A stretch of DNA of 64,000 bases from Mediterranea massiliensis. Its GTDB lineage: Bacteria > Bacteroidota > Bacteroidia > Bacteroidales > Bacteroidaceae. Each line of letters opens with the position of its first letter. Position 1 is the first letter of the stretch. Under the pieces are notes generated by a model. That model worked only from the letters and a program-made list of their open reading frames with translations. It had not been told where the DNA came from and did not search any database. The stretch spans positions 6,514 to 70,513 of the forward strand of contig SUXZ01000010.1 of NCBI GenBank assembly GCA_015060685.1, written 5' to 3'. Made by a program: the position numbers and the translations under genes. This document shows positions 1-10,130 of this stretch, piece by piece.

Positions 1-519
1 TTCCACGCCACCGTCGATATGACGTTTCACGGTGATTCGACGAGTCTCTTCATCTACGTTCAATACCTCTTCGGTGTAAGTGATTTGTGTCAAACCAAGT
101 TTCTCTGCTACTTGAGGGCCTACTTGTGCGGTATCACCATCGATTGCCTGGCGTCCGCCGATGATAAGGTCGAAGTCGCCAATCTTCTTGATAGCTGTTG
201 CAAGGGCATATGAAGTAGCCAATGTGTCGGCACCGGCAAAAGCGCGGTCGGTCAGCAGGTAACCATTGTCCGCACCGCGGAAAAGGCCTTCGCGAATAAT
301 TTCGGCAGCTCGGCCAGGACCCATTGTCAAGATGGTAACGGTCGATCCGGGATGTTTGTCCTTCAAGATGAGTGCCTGTTCAAGGGCATTCAAGTCTTCC
401 GGGTTGAAGATGGCCGGAAGTGCCGAGCGGTTGATAGTACCGTCAGCATTCATGGCGTCTTTCCCAACGTTTCTGGTGTCGGGAACCTGTTTCGCCAATA
501 CTACGATTTTCAAACTCAT
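1..519 (-). CDS. etfB: Electron transfer flavoprotein subunit beta (3' end runs off the window)
   Basis: Manual translation from the ATG at 519 gives MSLKIVVLAKQVPDTRNVGKDAMNADGTINRSALPAIFNPEDLNALEQAL, the typical EtfB/FixA N-terminus (KQVPD, NPxD). It is absent from the ORF track because no stop falls inside the window. Confidence 0.9.
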   Translation of the reverse strand, partial: MSLKIVVLAKQVPDTRNVGKDAMNADGTINRSALPAIFNPEDLNALEQALILKDKHPGSTVTILTMGPGRAAEIIREGLFRGADNGYLLTDRAFAGADTLATSYALATAIKKIGDFDLIIGGRQAIDGDTAQVGPQVAEKLGLTQITYTEEVLNVDEETRRITVKRHIDGGVE

Positions 520-588
520 ATTTTTTAATTTTGGTATTATAATTGCACTGTTTTATATAAATAATGTGTAAAACGCACATTCAGCCGG

Positions 589-596
589 CAAATTTA
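589..596 (-). promoter_or_regulatory. Bacteroidetes sigma-A -7 box upstream of etfB
   Basis: The minus strand reads TAAATTTG, matching TAnnTTTG, 70 bp upstream of the etfB start. Confidence 0.6.
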
Positions 597-817
597 CAAA
601 AACTCTTTGAGTTGGCAATAAAAAGCATAGAAAAATGCACATTTTTGGAAGTTTTGAGCAATAATCTGGATTTATCACTAGATTATGAATAACATTTAAA
701 AACGTAAATAGTTAGGCATAATCCTATAGGCTCTTTTATATTTCTGGCTAATGAAATAAAAAAAAGCCTTAAGGGAAAATTATTTGGTGCTTGAGTCATG
801 CAAAATATCCAGAAACA

Positions 818-853
818 ATAAAGGTGCAAACCCGGATGGATTTGCACCTTTAT
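818..853 (-). terminator. Intrinsic terminator of pepC
   Basis: 13-bp perfect inverted repeat ATAAAGGTGCAAA/TTTGCACCTTTAT just past the pepC stop. Confidence 0.7.
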
Positions 854-877
854 GAAAATGTGTTATAGGAGAATTAA

Positions 878-2080
878 TTACTTAATACCTAATTTCTTGG
901 CGATAGCCTTGGGAACGGCATCTTTGTGAACAAGGATGTTCATGGTTTTGTAGCGTGCAAAGGCTTTGCTGGCATACCAAATGCCGTCGTACTTGCCGCT
1001 CTTGCCCCATGAGTTCTTCACCATGTAGTATTCGTTGCCATCTTGATCCTTGGCAATACCGTAGATAACCATGCCGTGGTCGTCGGTAGTTTCCCAATTG
1101 TCGTAAGCTATCTGACGCTCCTCTTGTGTACACCATTTTTGTGGTTGTGGCTTGGTGTTCAACTTCTTTTCGGCAGGAGTCAGCTTCAACCAATGAGCCA
1201 TGTCGCTACCGCTCAACTCTTGTGCTTTCTCAACATCGGGCATTACGGCAATACCGTTGCGGGTAAATCCGTCTTCGCTCACGTCCGAGCCCCATGCAAT
1301 GGTGTAACCATTCATGATGGCATTGTCGAATACCTCCATCAGTTCGTCGATAGGCAAGTTGTACGACAAAGCCCAACGCCAGTTGTCTTGGATTTCCAAT
1401 ACGAATTGGCTATAGAAAGGATGGTGAGTGTATGAGGTAAGTGATACGTAATCGTCAGGATTCAAACCGGTTGATTCGTAGAACGACATCGGAGTGTATT
1501 CCTTGCCGTTGTAGGTGAATGTCTCGGGAGCCTTGCCCAAATAGATTTCGTGGATGGCTTCGATGGCCTTCTTCCAAAGCGGTGTGCCTTCGGTGTCGGT
1601 TTGAAGCTTGCTATGACGGCCTCTTGCAATAGCGGCAACAACGGCATCGCTCACGGCCGAAAGTTCGGTGTGGTTACTCAATGAGTCGCCATACATCACA
1701 CCCGGACGCATCACCTCTTCGGGCACCAAACCATAGTGTTGCATGCCATAGATAACGTCGTAGAAAGAACCACCTTGCGAGAACGAGGCATCGCCATGAG
1801 TGCGGACAGCCTTGTCGGCGCGGTCAAGGTAAGTCTTTTGTACGGTGTACATTTCCGAGAAGTCGAATTCACCCTTGCCCATGCGAAGCAATTCTGCTTC
1901 AAGGAAACCGAAGGTTGAATAGCACCAGCAAGTACCGGCACGATTTTGGTTCTTAATGCTTGTGATAGGGTTTTCCTTAACAGTTGTGAATACGAAGCCC
2001 TCTTCTTGTTTGGGGGCATCTTGTGCCGAAAGGTTTAGGCTAACCAAGCCTAATGCGGCTAAAAATAATGCTTTTTTCAT
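878..2080 (-). CDS. pepC: Aminopeptidase C / C1B cysteine peptidase, secreted
   Basis: QNRAGTCWCY (QxxxGxCW), DDHGM and KNSWG catalytic motifs, plus a signal peptide. Confidence 0.9.
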   Translation of the reverse strand: MKKALFLAALGLVSLNLSAQDAPKQEEGFVFTTVKENPITSIKNQNRAGTCWCYSTFGFLEAELLRMGKGEFDFSEMYTVQKTYLDRADKAVRTHGDASFSQGGSFYDVIYGMQHYGLVPEEVMRPGVMYGDSLSNHTELSAVSDAVVAAIARGRHSKLQTDTEGTPLWKKAIEAIHEIYLGKAPETFTYNGKEYTPMSFYESTGLNPDDYVSLTSYTHHPFYSQFVLEIQDNWRWALSYNLPIDELMEVFDNAIMNGYTIAWGSDVSEDGFTRNGIAVMPDVEKAQELSGSDMAHWLKLTPAEKKLNTKPQPQKWCTQEERQIAYDNWETTDDHGMVIYGIAKDQDGNEYYMVKNSWGKSGKYDGIWYASKAFARYKTMNILVHKDAVPKAIAKKLGIK

Positions 2081-2244
2081 TTCTTAAAGGTTTAATTTTG
2101 AATGTTATTTGGAGGACAAAGGTAGTAAATTTCTTCATTTTCGTGCGATTATTCTTCAAAAAAGGATAAAAAGCATTAACTTTGGCTGATTTTTTTGTTC
2201 GGCAATGGCGAACGAAAAGCATTGTTTGATTGTTAAACCACTAT

Positions 2245-3099
2245 ATGAAACAGCAAATTACCATCACCCCTAAAACCGCTTTGGTACTCGAAGGCGGAGG
2301 CATGCGTGGCGTGTTCACCTGTGGCGTGCTCGACAACTTCATGGATCGTGGCATCCGTTTCCCCTATAGCATCGGTGTGAGCGCCGGGGCATGCAACGGC
2401 CTCTCCTACATGTCGGGCCAACGCGGAAGAGCCAAGTTCAGCAACATCGATTTATTGGAGAAGTACAACTATATCCATCCTAAATACCTGCTTACCAAGC
2501 ATAATATCATGGATTTCGACCTCTTGTTCGAAACCTTCCCCAACAAGATTATTCCTTACCATTACGATAAGTATGCCGAGTGTCCCGAGCGCTATGAGAT
2601 GGTTACTACCAATTGCCTGACCGGCGAGGCCTGTTATTTCGAAGAGAAGCACGACCCGAAACGCATCATCGACATTGTGCGAGCCTCCAGCAGCTTGCCT
2701 TTCGTATGCCCCATTGCCTATGTCGATGGCATCCCCATGCTAGACGGTGGCATTGCCGATAGCATCCCCTTGCTTCGTGCTCATAGTTTAGGCTTTACCG
2801 AGAATAATGTGGTGGTGCTTACCCGCAATCGTGGCTATCGGAAAAAGATAAAAGGCACCAAAGTGCCTCCGTTCATCTATCGCAAGTATCCGTTGTTGCG
2901 ACAAGCCATCAATAATCGTTGCAAGTTGTACAACGAGCAACTGGATTTGGTGGAGAGGTTGGAGGATGAAGGCCGCATCACCGTCATCCGTCCGCAACGT
3001 CCTATCGAAGTGGATCGTATAGAAAAAAATATCGGCAAACTGACGGCTCTTTACGAAGAAGGCTATCAGCTTGCCGAGGCTATTAGTTTTAATTCTTAA
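2245..3099 (+). CDS. Patatin-like phospholipase
   Basis: GGGMRG, GVSAG (GxSxG) and DGG motifs. The ATG at 2245 is preferred over the TTG at 2230. Confidence 0.9.
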   Translation: MKQQITITPKTALVLEGGGMRGVFTCGVLDNFMDRGIRFPYSIGVSAGACNGLSYMSGQRGRAKFSNIDLLEKYNYIHPKYLLTKHNIMDFDLLFETFPNKIIPYHYDKYAECPERYEMVTTNCLTGEACYFEEKHDPKRIIDIVRASSSLPFVCPIAYVDGIPMLDGGIADSIPLLRAHSLGFTENNVVVLTRNRGYRKKIKGTKVPPFIYRKYPLLRQAINNRCKLYNEQLDLVERLEDEGRITVIRPQRPIEVDRIEKNIGKLTALYEEGYQLAEAISFNS

Positions 3100-3100
3100 A

Positions 3101-3757
3101 TTAAAAGTTCAATCCCACGCTCAGTGTGAGGCAACGGGTACGGATGGCATCGTCGAAGCTATCATATCCCAAGTAGTTGAAATCGCTTTGGGCAATGTTG
3201 GCCAATCCCCAATCGTAGCTCAAGTCGAAATATAGGTTGCGATAACTCAAACCGCATCCCAGGCGGATACCGGCATCGAAGTGCTCGTAGGCACCGCTAC
3301 CGAATGAATTGCGCTTTTCGCGAAGTTCAAAATCCTTCGTCTTACCGCCAACGCCCATGGCAAAGAAACCTCCCAAGAAAGGCTCGATGCAAATATCCTC
3401 GGCCACCTCTTCGAATCGGTATTTGAAGACAACCGGAACCTCCAAGTAGGTCAGACGGCTTTTAATCTCTTGCTTGTTGTTGGCATCCACCTTCACGCCC
3501 TTGGCGGTAATCAGCAAACCGGGCTCGAAGTAGATGGGCATATCGTCGGAGATGGGCATGCCATACACCACGCCGAAGTTCAAGCCGGCCAACGAACCCC
3601 TGTCGGGATCCAGTCCGCTGAACGAAAGGTTACCTACATTCACACCAAGACGTACTCCCCAATAGCAATCTTCACTCATGTAGTAGTTTTGTGCTTTGGT
3701 AGTTGTAGCGCATAGAAACGCTATAAGCAATACACTGAATAATTTACGCATTTTCAT
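3101..3757 (-). CDS. Outer-membrane beta-barrel (porin family/PorT-like) protein
   Basis: Signal peptide, alternating amphipathic strands, YLEVPV motif and C-terminal LSVGLNF. Confidence 0.8.
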   Translation of the reverse strand: MKMRKLFSVLLIAFLCATTTKAQNYYMSEDCYWGVRLGVNVGNLSFSGLDPDRGSLAGLNFGVVYGMPISDDMPIYFEPGLLITAKGVKVDANNKQEIKSRLTYLEVPVVFKYRFEEVAEDICIEPFLGGFFAMGVGGKTKDFELREKRNSFGSGAYEHFDAGIRLGCGLSYRNLYFDLSYDWGLANIAQSDFNYLGYDSFDDAIRTRCLTLSVGLNF

Positions 3758-3840
3758 TATTGTTTAAGTTGTGTTATTTCGGGGTCAAAGGTAATATTTG
3801 TCTGCAAAATGACAAAATTGTTTTGGGAAATAGAACAGTT

Positions 3841-5865
3841 TTAGAGCTTTAAGCGTATCTGTATCTGTAGGTCGGCCTTGCGGTTGCTATCAATCAAATC
3901 GCTTCCGGAGCCTATCGTGTCGCGGTTTTGGTAGATGGTTTCGCCAAACTTCAGCAATAGCATCAACTGTTTGCCAAGGTCGTAGCGGATGTTGGTCGAA
4001 TAGCGGAAGCCCCGCCCTTGAAACGATGGGGTGTAGAAGGTGTGCAACAATCCCTTTTCGTAAACATACACCCGGCTATCATAGTCGTCCGTGTTGAAGT
4101 AACTACCTTGTAAGGCTACCCTAAACGGTAAGTTCGGGTGGGTGTATTGGCACATCTGGCTTACGGCGAAGCCTTGCCTTGCCTCGTAGCTTTGTTGTTG
4201 GAAACGGTTGTAGTCGATGGTCGAGCGCATTTGCCACATACCGTTGTCCCACGTCAGCCGATAGCGCAACTTATGGTGATAAATGGGCAATGTCACTTCG
4301 CCGCCGGTGCCGGTCACATCGCGCTCCTTCCGTTTGTATTGATAGGTAAGATACATCTCCCAATGGTTGCTTGGGGTGTAGGTGGCCTTTGCCCGCACAT
4401 CCGTTCCTTGCGAGGGCTTGCTGATGCGATACTTCCACCAAGGGAACGAAAAGAGGTCGATAGAGGCAAAGAAACGCCATCGGGCAAACGGACTCACTTC
4501 GGTGGCCAGGTACCATCCGTTTTCGTTGAGCGGTGCGCTTCCGTCGCCAAATGAATTGCCGAAGAACGACCAGTAGTCGTGCGAGTAGTAGCGATGAATA
4601 AGCATCGTTCGCCAATCGCTCGAGTGGTTGTATGTCAACCGGTTGATGGTTGCAAATCCATGCTTCCCTTTGGCCGCTTCGCCTTGCCAATTCAGTTGGC
4701 CCAACCGTAGCTGATAGTCGATGCCTATATTATAGAAATTGTTTCCTTGTAGGTTGTACTTGCTATACTCTTGCAAGTTGGGCAGGTAATCGTGGCTGAA
4801 GAAGTAATAGATGCCGTTCATCCCCACACTCCATCGGTTGGCATCGTATCGCAGGTTTCCGCCCATGGTTTGCATGGCAAAGGTATGTACCTTGTCGGCT
4901 TCGCTTGCCGAGCGGTGTAACCCCGTTTTATATATAGAGGTAATGTTGCCCTCTTTAAGGGTGCCGTCCATGTTGCGATACGAGTAGAAAAGGGTTGTCC
5001 GGATGTTGCGGTGTAGGCGTAGGGTGGTGGCTATGCCACTAAAGTAGTTGTACTCGTCGGTCGAGCTATGCTTGCGGATAGTGGCCGGACGATAGTAGGC
5101 ATTGCCCAACGTATATCCGCGCCCCAGGTTGAAGCTGTTTCCTATAATCAGTCCTTGCCCCAAGTTTAGCCGGTAGTTGCCCGCCACCAGATTCTCCACC
5201 CGTCCCAAGTTCTTTATTTGCAAGTAGATGCCATAGTGGTCGTACCCCTTTGCGTTGTGCTCGCCCAATAGCGGTTCGCCGGCATCCTTCTCGGCGGTAA
5301 AGCCCATACGCAAGTAATCGCCGTAGCCAAACTCGTAGCGCAACGAGTTGTATTGCTTGGTGCCTAAATACTTGTCTTTATACCCCTTGCGTGTGTATAG
5401 TGGCTCGTCCAATCGCATCATCAACTCATGATTGCCGTATCGGGCCATCGTCTTGATGCTTGGAAAACGTTTCTCCTCCTGTAGTGGCTTTACGCAAACA
5501 AACGGCTTCATCATCTCCGCCGTGCGCTTGTCCATCTCCTCTACAAGAAGCAGTTCGTTTAGCGTCTTCATCTCGCCATGCAGGTAGATGTAGGCTTGTA
5601 TGTTCTCTATTTGCGCGTCGCTCAGGAAGGGTAGTTGGCGCAACTCCTCGCGGGTGGTGCGGTTCAGGTCGATGGGGTTGGCCTGCAAACCATCCAATGC
5701 TTGCAACTCCTCCTCCCAATCATACTCTTCCAACTCGTACTCTTCGGCTAGCTCTTCGAAACTCTTTAGCCAAAGAGACGAGCCCTGTTCTTGCCCATAG
5801 CCCGGTGCGATGGATAGAAGCATCGCGACGAGCCACATGCCCAACCTTTGTGCATGCCTATTCAT
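3841..5865 (-). CDS. Helix-hairpin-helix (ComEA-like) domain outer-membrane protein
   Basis: Signal peptide, then DLNRTTREELRQLPFLSDAQIENI (HhH-like), followed by a long beta-barrel-like region. Confidence 0.75.
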   Translation of the reverse strand: MNRHAQRLGMWLVAMLLSIAPGYGQEQGSSLWLKSFEELAEEYELEEYDWEEELQALDGLQANPIDLNRTTREELRQLPFLSDAQIENIQAYIYLHGEMKTLNELLLVEEMDKRTAEMMKPFVCVKPLQEEKRFPSIKTMARYGNHELMMRLDEPLYTRKGYKDKYLGTKQYNSLRYEFGYGDYLRMGFTAEKDAGEPLLGEHNAKGYDHYGIYLQIKNLGRVENLVAGNYRLNLGQGLIIGNSFNLGRGYTLGNAYYRPATIRKHSSTDEYNYFSGIATTLRLHRNIRTTLFYSYRNMDGTLKEGNITSIYKTGLHRSASEADKVHTFAMQTMGGNLRYDANRWSVGMNGIYYFFSHDYLPNLQEYSKYNLQGNNFYNIGIDYQLRLGQLNWQGEAAKGKHGFATINRLTYNHSSDWRTMLIHRYYSHDYWSFFGNSFGDGSAPLNENGWYLATEVSPFARWRFFASIDLFSFPWWKYRISKPSQGTDVRAKATYTPSNHWEMYLTYQYKRKERDVTGTGGEVTLPIYHHKLRYRLTWDNGMWQMRSTIDYNRFQQQSYEARQGFAVSQMCQYTHPNLPFRVALQGSYFNTDDYDSRVYVYEKGLLHTFYTPSFQGRGFRYSTNIRYDLGKQLMLLLKFGETIYQNRDTIGSGSDLIDSNRKADLQIQIRLKL

Positions 5866-8299
5866 AAGAGATGGTTAAGTTGGTAAGTAATGTGGCACTT
5901 GCGCCCACCGAGCCCGTGTGTTGGAAACCACATCCGCCATGCTCGTTCCCTTCGATGGTAGCCTCTAAATCTACCACCTCTTTTACCTCCGGTGCGTGTG
6001 ATGGCGGCAAGGGGAAGCGGTTTTCGGCATGAGCCGTCAACTTATTGCCTTGTACGCATACCACCACTTGGCACCCCGTGCGATAGCAGGTAGTGGGTTG
6101 TGCCGGACTGATGGGTGTTGCCTTGCCGTTTTCGTACCTCATCAGCATGAATTCCACCGCACGGTCGTATCGGGTGGTGCGGATAATGCGAAGCCCATAG
6201 CCCGTTTGTTGCTTTGTGTCGTACTTGATGTAGATGTCCAAGTATTGCCCCGTAGCACTACCGAAGCCTTGTCCGGCCGTCTTGCAAGGTGCAAGATCTA
6301 CCGATAGTTGCATGTCGCCATACGAGTGGGTTAGTGGTGTGTATAACAATCGGGCACCCTTTACCGCTTGTTGCAAGCCAACCACCCCTTTGGCGCCATC
6401 TACCCCTTCGCCAACGAACCATGCCGGGCGTGTGTTGTCGGCTTGCCAATTGTATGCTTCGGTGTCTATAGGCTTGTATGCATCCAACGTCCAGAAGCCG
6501 GGGATGATTTCTGCTTGTTGTTCGGTGGGGAAGTGCTGAAAGTCGGTTTGTATGCTTGTGCTACCCTCTCCCTTAACGCGAATGCGCTTGCCGGTGATGC
6601 AACGTTCGGGTGCTCCTACCAGGCTTCGTGCGTGTTTGGGTGCTACCGTTGCCATGATGTAGTAACCGTTGTCTTCGGGAGTCAACGTGTAGGTTGTCAT
6701 GGGTTGGTTGTTGCGGCTCACGCCCACCGCTATGGCACCCTCTCCCTGTTTGCCTTTGCACCGATACCATGTCACCACCGAATGGTCATCGCGTCCTTGC
6801 AATGCCAATTCATATAGCACGCTCAGCATGCCTTTTTGTTGCTTGATGCGGGGCTTTTGTGTAAAGAGCGGTGTAGGTAGGAGGCTTGGTTTGATGTTCA
6901 GCACGCAAGCGGCCTCCAATCCCTCATCGGTTTGTGCCACTACATGTATCGTTCGTACCTCTTCCGTCTGGTTGTTGGGTAGTATCAGACATCCGCCATC
7001 GGCTTGCGGCTTCAGCACCACATAAGGCTTGTCTTCGGGTGCTACACGCCATTGGCACATGGCCGGTATGGTGGTGTCGGGGTAGGTAGAGAAGGCGGCA
7101 CTATACGCTTTCAGTAGCAACGAATCTTTTCCCGTTTCCAGGGTGCCCCATGCGTGCGAGCATTGCAATAGGGTGGGGATGCATGGTTGCCCATCTGTTT
7201 GTTGGTTGGTGGGGTTCCAATTATCCTTTCCGCGTAGCAGGTTATATAGGTTATAGCTATGCTCGTCCAGCTTATAGGCTTTCAATACCCCCTTGCTCGC
7301 CATCTCTACGGTGGTTGTCGGATGATTCTTCCCGATGAAGAGCGGCTTGCCGTTCAGCGTCAGGTTGTGTTGGTAGCTTCGTTGGTTGCCGATGGGGTCT
7401 TGTGTCCACCCGATGTATAGTTGCTCGTCTTCGCTTGTCCATCGGCAATCCACCATCGTTACGGGGCTACCCACCTTGACCAGGTATTGCCGTCCTTGTG
7501 TCAGGGCGTGGATGTCGCAATTCAAGAACACCGCACCCGTGTTGTGGGTGGCATAGAAGGGCTTTCCGCTAAAGAAGGTGAACCGGCAATTCAGATAGAC
7601 GGCCGTGCCGCACAGGGCATCGTCGGTACATTCAAAGTAGCAATTATCGAATAGTGCCCGCTCGGCACCGGCAAAGGGACATAGGTTCAGCCGGCTGATG
7701 AAGCGGCAATTACGGGCTACATACCTATCGCCTTTGCATATGATGAGTTGTGCCTGCACAATGGCATTGGCTCTTCGTTGGCGGTTCAGCAAAGGGTTGG
7801 GGCCGTACACCAAATCCACGTTGCAATAGTTGCCAAAGGTGATGTTCTCCACCTGAATGTCGTCTCCCTCGATGTGCATCATCGTGAAGTTTCCTTCGGC
7901 ACCGTGTGTCTGTCCGCGGTTGCTTGCCAACACCACCTCGTCGGGCGATGCGCCTAAGCCAATCAGTCTCAGATGGCTCAGCTTCAACCTGATGCCATAG
8001 GGGATGGCTTCGCCGGGTAGGGGCTTTCTTGTTTCGTTGTCATCGGGATTGTCCAACCAATATACCGATGGCACTATGCGGATGTGTAGCGGCTTGGCTT
8101 CGTTGTAGTCGGCCGGTGTTGCCTGTTGTGCTTTTTGTGCGGCTTCGAAAGCCTCTTGCATGGTTTTGAACAGGTAGCTATCGGGACGGCTTTTCTCTAT
8201 GCCGGCATCCACCAGGTAGTTGTGCCGGTCGGTTTCCGTGGCGTGTGCCATAAGCGAAAATAGCGCTACCACCATTGCGCATAAAAGATTTCTTGCCAT
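5858..8299 (-). CDS. Pectinesterase-like beta-helix protein with C-terminal beta-sandwich domains
   Basis: Signal peptide and repeats resembling the pectin methylesterase beta-helix (FDNCYFECTDDALCG, VFLNCDI, VTMVDCRW). It overlaps the next gene by 8 bp. Confidence 0.6.
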   Translation of the reverse strand: MARNLLCAMVVALFSLMAHATETDRHNYLVDAGIEKSRPDSYLFKTMQEAFEAAQKAQQATPADYNEAKPLHIRIVPSVYWLDNPDDNETRKPLPGEAIPYGIRLKLSHLRLIGLGASPDEVVLASNRGQTHGAEGNFTMMHIEGDDIQVENITFGNYCNVDLVYGPNPLLNRQRRANAIVQAQLIICKGDRYVARNCRFISRLNLCPFAGAERALFDNCYFECTDDALCGTAVYLNCRFTFFSGKPFYATHNTGAVFLNCDIHALTQGRQYLVKVGSPVTMVDCRWTSEDEQLYIGWTQDPIGNQRSYQHNLTLNGKPLFIGKNHPTTTVEMASKGVLKAYKLDEHSYNLYNLLRGKDNWNPTNQQTDGQPCIPTLLQCSHAWGTLETGKDSLLLKAYSAAFSTYPDTTIPAMCQWRVAPEDKPYVVLKPQADGGCLILPNNQTEEVRTIHVVAQTDEGLEAACVLNIKPSLLPTPLFTQKPRIKQQKGMLSVLYELALQGRDDHSVVTWYRCKGKQGEGAIAVGVSRNNQPMTTYTLTPEDNGYYIMATVAPKHARSLVGAPERCITGKRIRVKGEGSTSIQTDFQHFPTEQQAEIIPGFWTLDAYKPIDTEAYNWQADNTRPAWFVGEGVDGAKGVVGLQQAVKGARLLYTPLTHSYGDMQLSVDLAPCKTAGQGFGSATGQYLDIYIKYDTKQQTGYGLRIIRTTRYDRAVEFMLMRYENGKATPISPAQPTTCYRTGCQVVVCVQGNKLTAHAENRFPLPPSHAPEVKEVVDLEATIEGNEHGGCGFQHTGSVGASATLLTNLTISYE

Positions 8300-8377
8300 A
8301 GTTTTGCTTGCTTTGAATAAAACTTATTACTTTTGCAGATACAAATATAGATGATTTAACTTTAAACTACAAATAAG

Positions 8378-9811
8378 ATGGTTTCGTTTACATTATGTTT
8401 GCTTGCTTTGGTAGCAGGATATTTCATTTACGGCCGTTTTGTTGAGCGCATCTTTGGTCCCGACAATCGTCAGACACCGGCCACGTTGAAGAACGACGGA
8501 GTGGATTTTATGCCGTTGCCCACATGGAAAATCTTCATGATTCAATTCTTGAACATTGCCGGTCTTGGCCCCATCTTCGGTGCCATTATGGGCGCCAAGT
8601 TTGGTACAGCTTCGTTCCTATGGATTGTGTTGGGTAGCATCTTGGCCGGTGCCACGCACGACTATCTGGCCGGTATGCTTTCGCTTCGTCACGATGGCGA
8701 GAGCTTGCCCGAGATGATTGGTCGCTACTTGGGACTTACCACCAAGCAGGTGATGCGCGGATTCACCGTTATCTTGATGATGTTGGTGGGTGCCGTTTTT
8801 GTAGCCGGTCCCGCCGGCTTGCTTGCCAATCTTACCCCCGAATACATGGATGCCACCTTCTGGATAATCGTGATATTTGCCTATTACATGCTTGCCACCT
8901 TGCTTCCTATCGATAAGATTATCGGCAAGATATATCCCCTGTTTGCCTTGGCACTTATCTTCATGGCCGTGGGCGTGTTGGTGATGCTCTACGTCAACGG
9001 AGGTGCGTTGCCCGAGTTGTGGGACGGCTTGCACAACACCCATCCCAATGCCGACAATCTGCCCATCTTCCCCATCATGTTCGTCAGCATTGCTTGTGGT
9101 GCCATTAGCGGATTCCATGCCACTCAAAGCCCTTTGATGGCCCGTTGTATGACCAATGAGCACCACGGACGCCCCGTGTTCTATGGCGCTATGATTACCG
9201 AAGGCATCGTAGCCTTGATATGGGCGGCGGCGGCCACTATCTTCTTCCACGATAACGGCATGGGCGAGAGCAACGCATCGGTCATTGTAAACGACATTAC
9301 CCGCAATTGGTTGGGCACCGTGGGCGGTGTGCTTGCCATCCTCGGTGTGGTGGCCGCACCTATCAGTACCGGCGATACGGCTCTCCGTTCGGCTCGTCTC
9401 ATTGTGGCCGACTTCCTCCACCTCGAGCAGAAAAGCATGCGTAGCCGTCTGATTATCTGCATCCCTATCTTTCTTGTCACCATCGGCGTGTTGCTCTATA
9501 GCTTGCGCGATGCCGCCGGCTTCGACATGATTTGGCGATACTTTGCCTGGGTAAACCAAACCCTTTCGGTCTTCACCCTGTTGGCCGTATCGGTATTCCT
9601 GGTTAAGGAGCGTAGCGGGCACTACTACTTAGTGACATTCATTCCGGCCCTCTTCATGCTGGCCGTATGTACCAGCTATATTGCCGTAGCACCCGAAGGC
9701 TTCAAGCTATCTACCGCTTTCATCGTTCCCATTAGCGTGGCGGTGGTGCTGATTACCTCGGTGCTCTTCATGCTTTGGCGACAAAAGATGATTCATTCAC
9801 TTAAAAAGTAA
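8378..9811 (+). CDS. cstA: Carbon starvation protein A family transporter
   Basis: QFLNIAGLGPIFG, IACGAISGFHATQSP and multiple transmembrane helices. Confidence 0.92.
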   Translation: MVSFTLCLLALVAGYFIYGRFVERIFGPDNRQTPATLKNDGVDFMPLPTWKIFMIQFLNIAGLGPIFGAIMGAKFGTASFLWIVLGSILAGATHDYLAGMLSLRHDGESLPEMIGRYLGLTTKQVMRGFTVILMMLVGAVFVAGPAGLLANLTPEYMDATFWIIVIFAYYMLATLLPIDKIIGKIYPLFALALIFMAVGVLVMLYVNGGALPELWDGLHNTHPNADNLPIFPIMFVSIACGAISGFHATQSPLMARCMTNEHHGRPVFYGAMITEGIVALIWAAAATIFFHDNGMGESNASVIVNDITRNWLGTVGGVLAILGVVAAPISTGDTALRSARLIVADFLHLEQKSMRSRLIICIPIFLVTIGVLLYSLRDAAGFDMIWRYFAWVNQTLSVFTLLAVSVFLVKERSGHYYLVTFIPALFMLAVCTSYIAVAPEGFKLSTAFIVPISVAVVLITSVLFMLWRQKMIHSLKK

Positions 9812-9817
9812 TCCATT

Positions 9818-10036
9818 ATGAAGCGTAAAGTTCGTAAATCCACTTGGCTCAGTCTGGCCTTGTTTGCCTATGTATCCATCATGGCAATTTATTTCTTGCC
9901 CAAGAACGACACGATGGACACCACCCGCAAGTGGCTCACGCTTGGTGCCGGCTACCTCATTGTATTGTTGTTGTGGTTGGTAATGCGTAAGAAGGAGAAT
10001 ATGCAACGCAAGCATTGGGGCGAGGATAATAATTGA
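9818..10036 (+). CDS. Small two-helix membrane protein
   Basis: Starts 6 bp after the cstA stop, with two hydrophobic segments and a basic tail. Confidence 0.7.
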   Translation: MKRKVRKSTWLSLALFAYVSIMAIYFLPKNDTMDTTRKWLTLGAGYLIVLLLWLVMRKKENMQRKHWGEDNN

Positions 10037-10130
10037 TTTCTCTTTGCCGTAACAATCCTTTAAATAAACAAAGAACTGCGCCAAAACTCGCTTGTTTTGG
10101 CACAGTTCCTTCATCGACTCTCTATATCTC

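Noticed and set aside
8618-9622. 334-aa ORF on the - strand, and similar long antisense ORFs over GHL10, gadB, gadC, the ATPase, ATP-grasp and M23 genes
   Set aside because: They lie opposite well-supported genes in GC-rich sequence and have no recognisable domains.
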